Source: a virus (taxonomy: Duplodnaviria; Caudoviricetes). From it: a DNA stretch of 52,249 nucleotides. Made by a program: the position numbers and the translations under genes. The notes beneath the pieces are model-generated. The model was not told where the DNA came from. It saw nothing but the letters and a program-made list of their open reading frames with translations, and made no database searches. Below, in pieces: positions 9,209 through 17,218 of this stretch (the first letter of the stretch is position 1; each line of letters starts with the position of its first letter). The stretch covers positions 1 to 52,249 of IMG/VR virus record IMGVR_UViG_3300045282_000164; one strand, written 5' to 3'.

Positions 9209-9507
9209 AATATTTATGGATTCTGTTGCTGTTATGCTCGGGTTGCGTCGATATGTTTACCGCCAAAACACAAGCCACTTACACCATATCACCGGACGGC
9301 AAGACAATCTCTTACATCTCGAATAAAGAACAGCAAGGGTTAAAACTCCACCTTGAGGAAGTCAACGGCAAACCGACTGTCGTAGACATCTCCGTCGATA
9401 AAGCCGACACACAGCAAGAGGCAATCGCAGCGGCGCTCCAGACTCAGCTCGGGTTACAGCAGATTATTAAGGGATTGTTAGATAAGGCAGCGCAGGGAGG
9501 AAAGTGA
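9205..9507 (+). CDS. Lipoprotein, spanin candidate
   Basis: Lipobox-like LLLLCSG-C; lysis-region context. Confidence 0.65.
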   Translation: MKYLWILLLLCSGCVDMFTAKTQATYTISPDGKTISYISNKEQQGLKLHLEEVNGKPTVVDISVDKADTQQEAIAAALQTQLGLQQIIKGLLDKAAQGGK

Positions 9508-9575
9508 TTCTCTTTGCTGCCGGGTTTCTTGCGGGGATTGTCTTTATTATATTCGTATCGATGTTTCTAAGATGA
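9504..9575 (+). CDS. 23-aa single-TM peptide
   Basis: GTG start, (M)ILFAAGFLAGIVFIIFVSMFLR; overlaps both neighbours by 4 nt. Confidence 0.45.
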   Translation: MILFAAGFLAGIVFIIFVSMFLR

Positions 9576-9841
9576 TTCTAGCACTACTTTTAGCCGTTCA
9601 AATTCTCATGGGAGAAGTAAAGCGCGACCCGCACCAGGTAGTTCTATTCCGCAAGGATAACCCTTGTCCCTCAACTGGCCACACAATAGGTGCTTGTCCT
9701 AATTATGTTGTCGATCATATCGTGCCGCTGTGTTGGGGCGGCGCCGATTCTCCTAACAATATGGCTTGGGAAAAGCAGGCAGACTCATACAAGAAGGATG
9801 TGTTCGAGCGGCAGGCCTGTGCGATGAAAAACAAGAAGTGA
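9572..9841 (+). CDS. Small HNH-motif protein with a hydrophobic N-terminus
   Basis: PCPSTG..GACPNYVVDHIVPLCWGGADSPNNMAW. Confidence 0.8.
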   Translation: MILALLLAVQILMGEVKRDPHQVVLFRKDNPCPSTGHTIGACPNYVVDHIVPLCWGGADSPNNMAWEKQADSYKKDVFERQACAMKNKK

Positions 9842-9878
9842 AAATTCGTTCCCGGCCCAAAAAACAAAAAGGAGTCTT

Positions 9879-10127
9879 ATGAAGCGTGGGCCATCGAAGA
9901 TATTTGATAGAGTCAATAATCGGCGCTGTGAACTCATCAATAAGAAATTTGGTGAAGGGTTGTCGCCTCGCGAAGAAAAAGTTTTTGATTATATTCAAAA
10001 TCACACTATGAATTTACTTGATGAGCTACATTTTCCAATGCCCTGGCGTGGATTAGAGGAAACCATATGGAGGTTTAAGCAAATTCGCCGCGTAATGTAT
10101 CCGAAAGGCGAGAATTATCCTGGTTAA
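9879..10127 (+). CDS. Hypothetical protein
   Basis: AAGGAG SD; 82 aa. Confidence 0.6.
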   Translation: MKRGPSKIFDRVNNRRCELINKKFGEGLSPREEKVFDYIQNHTMNLLDELHFPMPWRGLEETIWRFKQIRRVMYPKGENYPG

Positions 10128-10237
10128 AGGAGTCCGTGGGGCTGGCTTGCCACGTGCCCGGCGCAGTTCCGGCGGTTGTAAGCCCTCCCCACGTATTAGC
10201 TAATAGAACTACGTTCGCATATTAAACTAAGTTGTCA

Positions 10238-10669
10238 ATGATTTTGGCTAATCTTGAATCGTTTTTAATTCGTCACGAGGGGAACCGGCTCAAACCTTAC
10301 CTTGATACCGTGGGCAAGATCACCATTGGGATAGGCCGTAACCTTACCGATGCTGGTATCTCGCCGGCCGAATCTCATTACCTGCTGTGCAACGACATAA
10401 GCAAGACAATCGCCCAATGTCGGCAACAGCTTCGGTGGTTTGACTCGCTTAATGGACCTCGGCAGATGGTAATCATAGATATGGTTTTCAATATGGGGAT
10501 TGGCCGTTTTCTAGGCTTTCATGATACTATCGCTGCGATTGAAGAGGGAGATTACAAGCTTGCAGCTTCTCGGATGCTTGACTCGAAATGGGCATTGCAA
10601 GTTGGGCAGCGCGCGCTTGAAGACGCAAACATATTTTTGACCGGGGAATATGTTGAAGGGACTGTTTAG
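10238..10669 (+). CDS. Endolysin, GH24 / T4-type lysozyme
   Basis: HEGNRLKPYLDTVGKITIGIGRNL (E-D-T triad); DMVFNMG; MLDSKWALQVGQRA. Confidence 0.93.
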   Translation: MILANLESFLIRHEGNRLKPYLDTVGKITIGIGRNLTDAGISPAESHYLLCNDISKTIAQCRQQLRWFDSLNGPRQMVIIDMVFNMGIGRFLGFHDTIAAIEEGDYKLAASRMLDSKWALQVGQRALEDANIFLTGEYVEGTV

Positions 10670-11756
10670 GGTCTGTGGGCACGTCTTTCGCAGACACCGT
10701 TGATTGAGTCGCTATAAACCCACCGCTTGCTCTCTTGCACTCGCTCGGCAGATGGGGCGGCAAGCAGTTTAGAGAAGCAACGTATTGCCCTGCAAGCTGG
10801 CCATTGTCATTTAAACCGTTGATATCATACTGCGCAATGAGTCCATTGATCGTAGGCGGCAAGCTAATTAGATAGAACGCACCATCATCCACGAGATACC
10901 AACCGAACTGTCCTATCTCATTGGTGTAAAGCATGACGCTTTGCCCCAAGTTATTCAGATCCACTATCTCAACACTCGAGCCCCCAGGCATAAAGTCAAA
11001 TGAGGGCGGGAATGGAAAATCCCAAATCCCGTTGTCATAGATAAACCAATAATGGGCCACGGTGTTGAACGTGTTGGGGTCGTACATGGTGAAGTCACCC
11101 AAAATCTGGTTGTGATTATTAATTGCCCACAAGGTTGTATAGCTATTCGCCACGGGCACATCAAACGGCAGATATAGATTTTGCGAGGAGTTATTGTACC
11201 AGCAAAAACCATGGATCCGGGTAGGACCGAACTGGTTAGGGTTTGTGAACGGGTTGACGTACTGGCCGCACACATCACCGTAATCGTTGGCACCAAAGCC
11301 GAGGGTGCTCTGAGCGCCTGGAAACATTAGCAGGGTGTATTGACCGATCTTGTTAAACAAAAACCCCATCTCATTACCGGCACTATCCGCGCATAGGCCG
11401 GCTGCATCGGCGCGGGCGTTGATTGTAGTAGCTCCTACCTGAGTAGGCCCGCCACCACAGTCAAGCGTTCTAGTTTGGCCATTGGTGTAGCGGACGGCGT
11501 TGGCCATGACTAGATCACCGTTGTTGTTGATGTCCTGTAAGGCGACCGCGGTCGTTTGGATAGTGTAAGGTATGACTTGAGAATAGGCAGGGATGGCGAT
11601 CAACAGCAGCAAGACAGGTAATAGTAGTTTGGCAGCGTCCTTTTTCGCTGCCTCTTTCATTTCCTCCCGCCAAACATGCACGAGCCCATTAAACACTTGA
11701 ATCAGGTTAGCCATATTATGACCCCAGGCTTCCAAATCCTTTAAAATCTGTTCCAT
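10527..11756 (-). CDS. Exported beta-propeller-like (HAF-type repeat) protein
   Basis: Repeats DINNNGD, GANDYGDVCG, AINNHNQILG, DLNNLGQ and GLNDNGQLAG; h-region LLLPVLLLLIAIPAYS. Confidence 0.75.
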   Translation of the reverse strand: MEQILKDLEAWGHNMANLIQVFNGLVHVWREEMKEAAKKDAAKLLLPVLLLLIAIPAYSQVIPYTIQTTAVALQDINNNGDLVMANAVRYTNGQTRTLDCGGGPTQVGATTINARADAAGLCADSAGNEMGFLFNKIGQYTLLMFPGAQSTLGFGANDYGDVCGQYVNPFTNPNQFGPTRIHGFCWYNNSSQNLYLPFDVPVANSYTTLWAINNHNQILGDFTMYDPNTFNTVAHYWFIYDNGIWDFPFPPSFDFMPGGSSVEIVDLNNLGQSVMLYTNEIGQFGWYLVDDGAFYLISLPPTINGLIAQYDINGLNDNGQLAGQYVASLNCLPPHLPSECKRASGGFIATQSTVSAKDVPTDPKQSLQHIPRSKICLRLQARAAQLAMPISSQASEKLQACNLPLQSQR

Positions 11757-11892
11757 CTTCTTTTATCTTTCCTCCATAAGCTCACTCTGATAATCATTGC
11801 GTCCGATATATTCAAGTGCTCCCTTAAGTCTGCTCACTTCGGGTAGTTCCATGAATGCCATAAAAAATAATGCCTCAACTTGAAAATACTTG

Positions 11893-11921
11893 TTGACTAA
11901 TTAGTAATTAGCCATTATATA
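11893..11921 (+). promoter_or_regulatory. Sigma70-type rightward promoter in a divergent region
   Basis: TTGACT-N17-TATATA; spacer contains TAATTAG repeats. Confidence 0.65.
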
Positions 11922-11959
11922 TTGACCATGAGTAAAGCACATAAAGGAGCCTATAGCAT

Positions 11960-12172
11960 ATGAGCATCGATAAAACAAAGACCTGTCTTTTACCTCACTG
12001 CAAGAAGCACCCGTTTTGCCGTGGGCTTTGCCGGGATCATTACCAATACGCCATGCTGCGAGCCCGGCAAGGCAAGATCGATCTGAAGGAACTTGAACGA
12101 CTTGGTAAGATTCTCCCGAAAAAGACATCAGGTATGGCGACCAGCAAATATTTCGCTGACGCCGCCGTATGA
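11960..12172 (+). CDS. Small Zn-binding protein
   Basis: C-x4-C..RGLCRDHY; AAGGAG SD. Confidence 0.7.
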   Translation: MSIDKTKTCLLPHCKKHPFCRGLCRDHYQYAMLRARQGKIDLKELERLGKILPKKTSGMATSKYFADAAV

Positions 12173-12534
12173 GGGACATGAACAAAAAGAAGGCTCACGA
12201 CGCTCGCCGTCACCGTGAGCGCATGGCAAAGGATCTCAAGTATCGTATGCGTAAAATCTTCAACACCATAAATCACCGCTGCAATACGACCCAGCACAAA
12301 TCGTCGAAATACTATAACGGCAAGGGCATTCAGAACTTCCTGACGGTGAAGGCTCTCTGCGCGTTGTGGCAAATGTATGACGCTGGGAAAATGGTGAGGC
12401 CTTCGATAGATCGTTACAACTCCGATGGACATTATGAGATTGCTAACTGTCGATTTGTTGAACTGTCGGAGAATGTATCGCGTGCAGCTCGTAAATACTG
12501 GCGTGCGCAAGAACTGATGAGGGTGGGGCAATGA
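12169..12534 (+). CDS. HNH-family endonuclease
   Basis: YYNGKGI..RPSIDRYNSDGHYEIANCRFVELSEN. Confidence 0.8.
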   Translation: MRDMNKKKAHDARRHRERMAKDLKYRMRKIFNTINHRCNTTQHKSSKYYNGKGIQNFLTVKALCALWQMYDAGKMVRPSIDRYNSDGHYEIANCRFVELSENVSRAARKYWRAQELMRVGQ

Positions 12535-12699
12535 CAATAGGTACACTTATCTGGCTTTTGATTTCCTACGTTCCAATACCAACAGGTGGGCAAACCATTA
12601 AGGTAGAAGCTCACATAACTAAGCAGGGTTGCCAAGCAGCTGTGAAAAAATTGGATAAAATTGAAGCTTGGTGCGTTGAAGCAACCTTGAAGGACTGAC

Positions 12700-12867
12700 A
12701 TGAAAAAGCTAAGCGAGGAAGTGGATGAGCTGTACATCAGGTTTATGGCTATCTACCCGGCTTCACCGGCTGATTCGCGTGATCCCAAATGGGTTGAATG
12801 TGTTGCGCTGTTTACTGAGATCATTTCGGCCTTGGAAAAGATCGAAAAGGAAAGGGGGGAGAAGTGA
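12700..12867 (+). CDS. Hypothetical protein, 55 aa
   Basis: AAGGA SD; GTGA overlap with the next gene. Confidence 0.55.
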   Translation: MKKLSEEVDELYIRFMAIYPASPADSRDPKWVECVALFTEIISALEKIEKERGEK

Positions 12868-13124
12868 ACGAACTTTGCGACTGCAAACTTAAACGCATTA
12901 CCAACATTCACGGTTATTATGATCCTGAGATAGTCTACTGCTCTGTTCACGCTCACGCCTTTGAAACCCTCGCCGCGCTCAAGGCGATAGGCACCTTGCC
13001 TGATGGGTACTGTTTTTGCCCGGCAGAGCTTGTCAAAAATAATATAAAGACTGGCAACGTGATCCACACTGGCGAATGTCTCCAGGCCCAGGCCGCGATA
13101 AAAGCTGCTGAAGGTGACAAATGA
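12864..13124 (+). CDS. Hypothetical Cys/His-rich protein
   Basis: Coupled ORF in the small-gene run. Confidence 0.6.
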   Translation: MNELCDCKLKRITNIHGYYDPEIVYCSVHAHAFETLAALKAIGTLPDGYCFCPAELVKNNIKTGNVIHTGECLQAQAAIKAAEGDK

Positions 13125-13363
13125 AACAAGGTAATCCAATCCTATGTACCGAAGCCTTGCCGTGTCCATTTTGCGGAAGCACACCGGAGATTGAACCTTG
13201 GCATGGTGGGGGACCAAGAAAACGAATGATAGCCTGCGCCGACGATTGGTGTGCCGTTTCTCCCCATGTAACCGGCAGTACGAAAGCCGTAGCCCTTGAA
13301 CGGTGGAATTGCCGCCGATCTGCCCAGGCCGCGATTCGGGCGGCGGAAGGAGAAGGCAAATGA
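13121..13363 (+). CDS. Lar-family restriction alleviation protein
   Basis: LPCPFCG..IAC...C..ALERWNCR. Confidence 0.8.
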   Translation: MKQGNPILCTEALPCPFCGSTPEIEPWHGGGPRKRMIACADDWCAVSPHVTGSTKAVALERWNCRRSAQAAIRAAEGEGK

Positions 13364-13575
13364 TTGAAAAACTTTTCAATAATCCTCATCTACTCCATCA
13401 AACCGCTGATAGTGACAGCGATCTTCCCGAAGCTCCTATAGCAGGCTGCATTGATGCCAATGGGACAATGGTCCTCTCACAAGAAGGCCGTCACATTTGC
13501 ATCAACAATAAGTCTGTCCCGGAACTTTGTAAATTACTCAAGCAGCTTGCTACCGTTCCACCAGCAAAGAAATAG
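13360..13575 (+). CDS. Hypothetical protein
   Basis: ATGA overlap with the Lar gene. Confidence 0.6.
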   Translation: MIEKLFNNPHLLHQTADSDSDLPEAPIAGCIDANGTMVLSQEGRHICINNKSVPELCKLLKQLATVPPAKK

Positions 13576-13579
13576 TCAC

Positions 13580-13834
13580 ATGAAACCCCAAACCACATTT
13601 GTCTACCTCGACAGCACAACGATTCACGCTGTACCCCATGCCCTCGGCCCCTCGCCGGATGATATCGCAGACCACATGGAAGTCATTTCTAACGGCATCG
13701 AGGCTGGCGGTAGCTCGTTTCAGTTGAGTGATGGTGGTCTGATTTATCTGCTCCTCTTCTTTGTTATTCTTATCGTGCTGAGTCATAAGCCTAAGAGCCA
13801 ACGGCGTGCCACAACAAAAAACTATGGAGGTTAA
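13580..13834 (+). CDS. Hypothetical single-TM protein
   Basis: TM segment GLIYLLLFFVILIVL. Confidence 0.55.
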   Translation: MKPQTTFVYLDSTTIHAVPHALGPSPDDIADHMEVISNGIEAGGSSFQLSDGGLIYLLLFFVILIVLSHKPKSQRRATTKNYGG

Positions 13835-14122
13835 CAATGGGAGACGGAGATCAGCGGTTATGCGAGCGATGCAAAGGAAGGAACGGAACGCTAGCCGAGT
13901 ATGATGTTCAACAAGACGATCAAACGCTGCCACCGCAGCATGTATGTAAATCGTGTGCTTGTGATGCCATGAAAATTAAAGGCTTGAGGGTTTGGAAGAG
14001 AAGGGATTAGGGCGGTAACGTCCGGTGTCGTTATGGCACTCGCCTAAAACTATGAGATTAACACACGGAGAGAACTGTTGGTCTGTTTTTGAACTAGCCG
14101 CCGATTACGGAAAGGGGAGAAT

Positions 14123-14311
14123 ATGACCGATTCATTTGAGTACATTAGAAACTATTATCACGTGCCGGCAAGACGTGGCGCTATCGTCACTTATAAGGGG
14201 CAACGGGGCAAGGTGACAGGCACGAGCGGCCAATATGTATTGGTAAAACTCGACTTTCCGAAACATTCGTTACCGTATCACCCTAAAGATCTTCAATGGG
14301 AGCAGGAGTAG
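14123..14311 (+). CDS. Hypothetical phage protein, SH3-like
   Basis: FEYIRNYYHVPARRG..GKVTG..PYHP; GGGGAG SD. Confidence 0.7.
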   Translation: MTDSFEYIRNYYHVPARRGAIVTYKGQRGKVTGTSGQYVLVKLDFPKHSLPYHPKDLQWEQE

Positions 14312-14509
14312 GGGCCAATCGTCACAAACCGAGGGAGGACAAAGCGATGAGAATAGATTTAGGCAGAATGACAGAAGAAGAGATTTTTGAGCTAGTTCAA
14401 GAGGCCATTCCAAATTTAAAGGAAGAACATTTATACCCACTCTTGGACTTGATAGCGGAGACAACCACGAAAGAGGAAGCAATAGCCCATTTGGAGAAAG
14501 GAAAATCCG

Positions 14510-14755
14510 ATGGCTAGACAAGATCCAACTGGCTCAGGCCATGATAGGGAAGTTGAGCAAATTGAGATGGCTAAACTAGAGCTACACGTGGAAGGAATAT
14601 GCGACGGCTATCCTAAATGCCTGAGTTGCGTAATCGAGGATACCGAATGGCGAAACCGTGAGGCGGCAAACCTTCTTTTCCCGCAACCCACGACAGAGCT
14701 AGACCAGCTCAAGGTTTTGGATTGGGCTTTTGACAGGATTATTGGGAAGCGATGA
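14510..14755 (+). CDS. Hypothetical protein
   Basis: Coupled ORF. Confidence 0.55.
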   Translation: MARQDPTGSGHDREVEQIEMAKLELHVEGICDGYPKCLSCVIEDTEWRNREAANLLFPQPTTELDQLKVLDWAFDRIIGKR

Positions 14756-15108
14756 GCACAATATTCTCCGCTCCTGCCATACTTACCCGCATAGCCTACC
14801 TCAAAGACGGCGGCCTATCTCTAGGCTTCGCCACCAATGAGCTGAGCGACGAGGACAAGGTTATCGCCTCGCGATTTCATCAGAAATTTGGGTGGGTGTG
14901 CTTTAAAGAGAATCAGTTTGTTGAAGAGGATTTGCCGACTACCGATGCCACGGATGAACAGAAGTCACCAGCACAAAGATTGAGGGCGGCGCTATTTGTT
15001 CTCTGGAAACAGCAAACCGATGGGCAGGAAACCAAAGAAGAGTTTGAATACTTCTATCGCCGCCAAATGGAAAGGGCGATCAACAGAGTGAAAAAACTTT
15101 TAGATTAA
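14752..15108 (+). CDS. Hypothetical phage protein
   Basis: KDGGLSLGFATNEL..KSPAQRLRAALFVLWKQ. Confidence 0.7.
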   Translation: MSTIFSAPAILTRIAYLKDGGLSLGFATNELSDEDKVIASRFHQKFGWVCFKENQFVEEDLPTTDATDEQKSPAQRLRAALFVLWKQQTDGQETKEEFEYFYRRQMERAINRVKKLLD

Positions 15109-15117
15109 GGAGAAAAA

Positions 15118-15549
15118 ATGCAAGTAACAGTGACGGCAGTAAGCGATGTAAGGAGCGACAACCGGGGCGTTTCGTCTAAAATAAAATGTGGAAATGACGA
15201 ATACTACGTTAATGAGGATGCAACACCACTAATAGGCAAAACTGTAGAAATAACTTACGAGGATAAAACCAGCAAAAAGGGCAATAAGTATAAAATAGCC
15301 AAGATCGTAAAAGTTCTTGAGGGTGTCGCACCTGTCAACGGCAATGGCAAGGTTACATGGGAGAACTACAAAAAGGTTGCACAGGCGGCTCACACGCTAG
15401 CCCTTGAACTTGAGCCGGACGGACCAGGCGAAAGTGGAATAGTTGTTGACCGATCCGAAGCCCGCGTATCCCTCGTTCAAACAATATTGGTTGCGCTTCG
15501 GGATGGAAAGATAGAATTGCCCGAAGGCGACGACGATATCCCCTTTTAG
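15118..15549 (+). CDS. SSB-like / OB-fold protein
   Basis: Beta-rich N-terminus; acidic C-terminal tail DDDIPF. Confidence 0.6.
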   Translation: MQVTVTAVSDVRSDNRGVSSKIKCGNDEYYVNEDATPLIGKTVEITYEDKTSKKGNKYKIAKIVKVLEGVAPVNGNGKVTWENYKKVAQAAHTLALELEPDGPGESGIVVDRSEARVSLVQTILVALRDGKIELPEGDDDIPF

Positions 15550-15793
15550 GTGACACATGCACGAAGACAATGAAATGTATCCCTGCGAAACCTGTATCGA
15601 AGAGGAAGAACAACGGCAAATTGAGAGGGGGGCGAGGGACTTTGTTAAGTCTTGGCGTAAGGGATGGAACGCAGCCATTGATGAGTTGATTCAGGAGTTT
15701 GATTCAGAGTGGGTGAAGAACATCATCAGGGCGCGGAGGATTAAGGAATGATCGCAAACGTCGCCATTGGGCGCATAAGCGGAAGGACGGGAT

Positions 15794-16810
15794 ATCTCTA
15801 TTATCATAGAAGCATTGGAGAGTTTGTACCGCGCCGAAGCCGCCAAACGCCAGCTTGAGCCGGTTGACCCATTTCGCGCCTCAAGCATGGGGCATTGCAT
15901 ACGCCAAGGTTGTTTTGACCTGCTTGGGCTCAAAGGTGAGCCCCTGCAGCCTCGGCGTGTGGCGGTGTTTAAGCATGGGGATTTAATTCACAGCGCACTC
16001 ACTGATGACTTATGCAAGGCATTGGGTTGGCGTTGGGTGCCTGGGCCAGACTTTGAGGATTGTTTTGTTGAGATCGACGGCGCCAAGATTAGCTATCACA
16101 TTGATGGCGCGTTTCAACTAGATGGTATTGCGCATACTGGATCAGGGTGGATCGGCATAGTCGAATTCAAATCAATGAGTGATTACGCCTTTGAGAAGGC
16201 CAAGAAAGGAGAGATAGACCATGTTTACCTTTGCCAAGCTTATATTTATTGTGTTGGGAGTGACTTTAATCCTGTCGTATTTATTGCATACCGGAAAGAA
16301 ACCTCTCACATGGTGGAGATCGTATTTGATAGAACGGCGACTGAGAAGATTGTTACGCAAAGACTTACGGGTGACCCCATTACCCTTGCCAAAGAAGATC
16401 CGCTAATGCTCACCGAGATCCGCACGCCGTTTGATCCTAGTGTGGAAGAGTATGTTAGGAATCGCATAAAGTGGCTCAAGTTGACTAAAGAAGTGCAAGA
16501 AGACGTGGAATTGAATCGTTTGACGTTAAAAGCCTATGACAGTTTAGCTGATTGGGCTTTAGAAGATGTGCCCGGCGCGGATGCTGTGGAGAACGAAACA
16601 GTAAAAATTCAAGGCCAAGCCAATGCAGTTACATTTGAACATGACAATCCCGAAGTAAAGGCCGTAGGTAAAAATGGCTCATGGTTTAGCTATGAAACCG
16701 GCCGGCGTATCCTCGGATTTCCCTGCAATTATTGTCGTCACCTGAAGACAGATTTTCCCGAGGCTAGAATGGAAATGAAAGGGGACAAGCCCATATGGGT
16801 GATACCATGA
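15794..16810 (+). CDS. Cas4-like PD-(D/E)XK exonuclease; start uncertain (ATC 15794 or TTG 15815)
   Basis: RASSMGHCIRQ..GDLIH..HIDG..IVEFKS..QAYIY..CNYCRH. Confidence 0.8.
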   Translation: MSIIIEALESLYRAEAAKRQLEPVDPFRASSMGHCIRQGCFDLLGLKGEPLQPRRVAVFKHGDLIHSALTDDLCKALGWRWVPGPDFEDCFVEIDGAKISYHIDGAFQLDGIAHTGSGWIGIVEFKSMSDYAFEKAKKGEIDHVYLCQAYIYCVGSDFNPVVFIAYRKETSHMVEIVFDRTATEKIVTQRLTGDPITLAKEDPLMLTEIRTPFDPSVEEYVRNRIKWLKLTKEVQEDVELNRLTLKAYDSLADWALEDVPGADAVENETVKIQGQANAVTFEHDNPEVKAVGKNGSWFSYETGRRILGFPCNYCRHLKTDFPEARMEMKGDKPIWVIP

Positions 16811-16915
16811 AACTTAAAACAAAACTTTTATTTGGGCAGCCGGCAAGCAGATAATAAACCTGGATAGTAAACAAATGAACTGGCTTTGCTGTAACTTGCG
16901 AAAGGCGAACCAAAA

Positions 16916-17218
16916 ATGAGCCAAATGAGCCTAGAAATCATTTATCACGGCATCCATATTCCCGCATGCCGCTGCCAATATTGCCCAGCTCTTTGCTCTA
17001 GCCGTGTGGCTATGATTGTCCACGAGATTAGACATGAATACGCTTTGGCTAGGATTGCCAAGTTTAGGCTGGATACCAACCTCCGCCCCAACAGCAGCCG
17101 CTACATTAACCCGGTGCGGCATTCGGTTAGGCGATGCACCAGTTGCGGTGAACTCAAGCGGATTGCGGCTAAGAGCATGTGCGGGCATTGTTACCCGGCT
17201 TCGTTGAGGCCAAAATGA
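16916..17218 (+). CDS. Zn-finger hypothetical protein
   Basis: CQYC..HEIRH; CTSC..CGHC. Confidence 0.6.
   Translation: MSQMSLEIIYHGIHIPACRCQYCPALCSSRVAMIVHEIRHEYALARIAKFRLDTNLRPNSSRYINPVRHSVRRCTSCGELKRIAAKSMCGHCYPASLRPK

Noticed and set aside
11757-11860. Alternative genetic code suggested by an in-frame TAA
   Set aside because: TAA, TAG and TGA all end well-supported genes, and long genes are intact in code 11
15794-16810. CRISPR-Cas system suggested by the Cas4-like gene
   Set aside because: Stand-alone Cas4-like nucleases are common in phage recombination modules; no other cas genes or array
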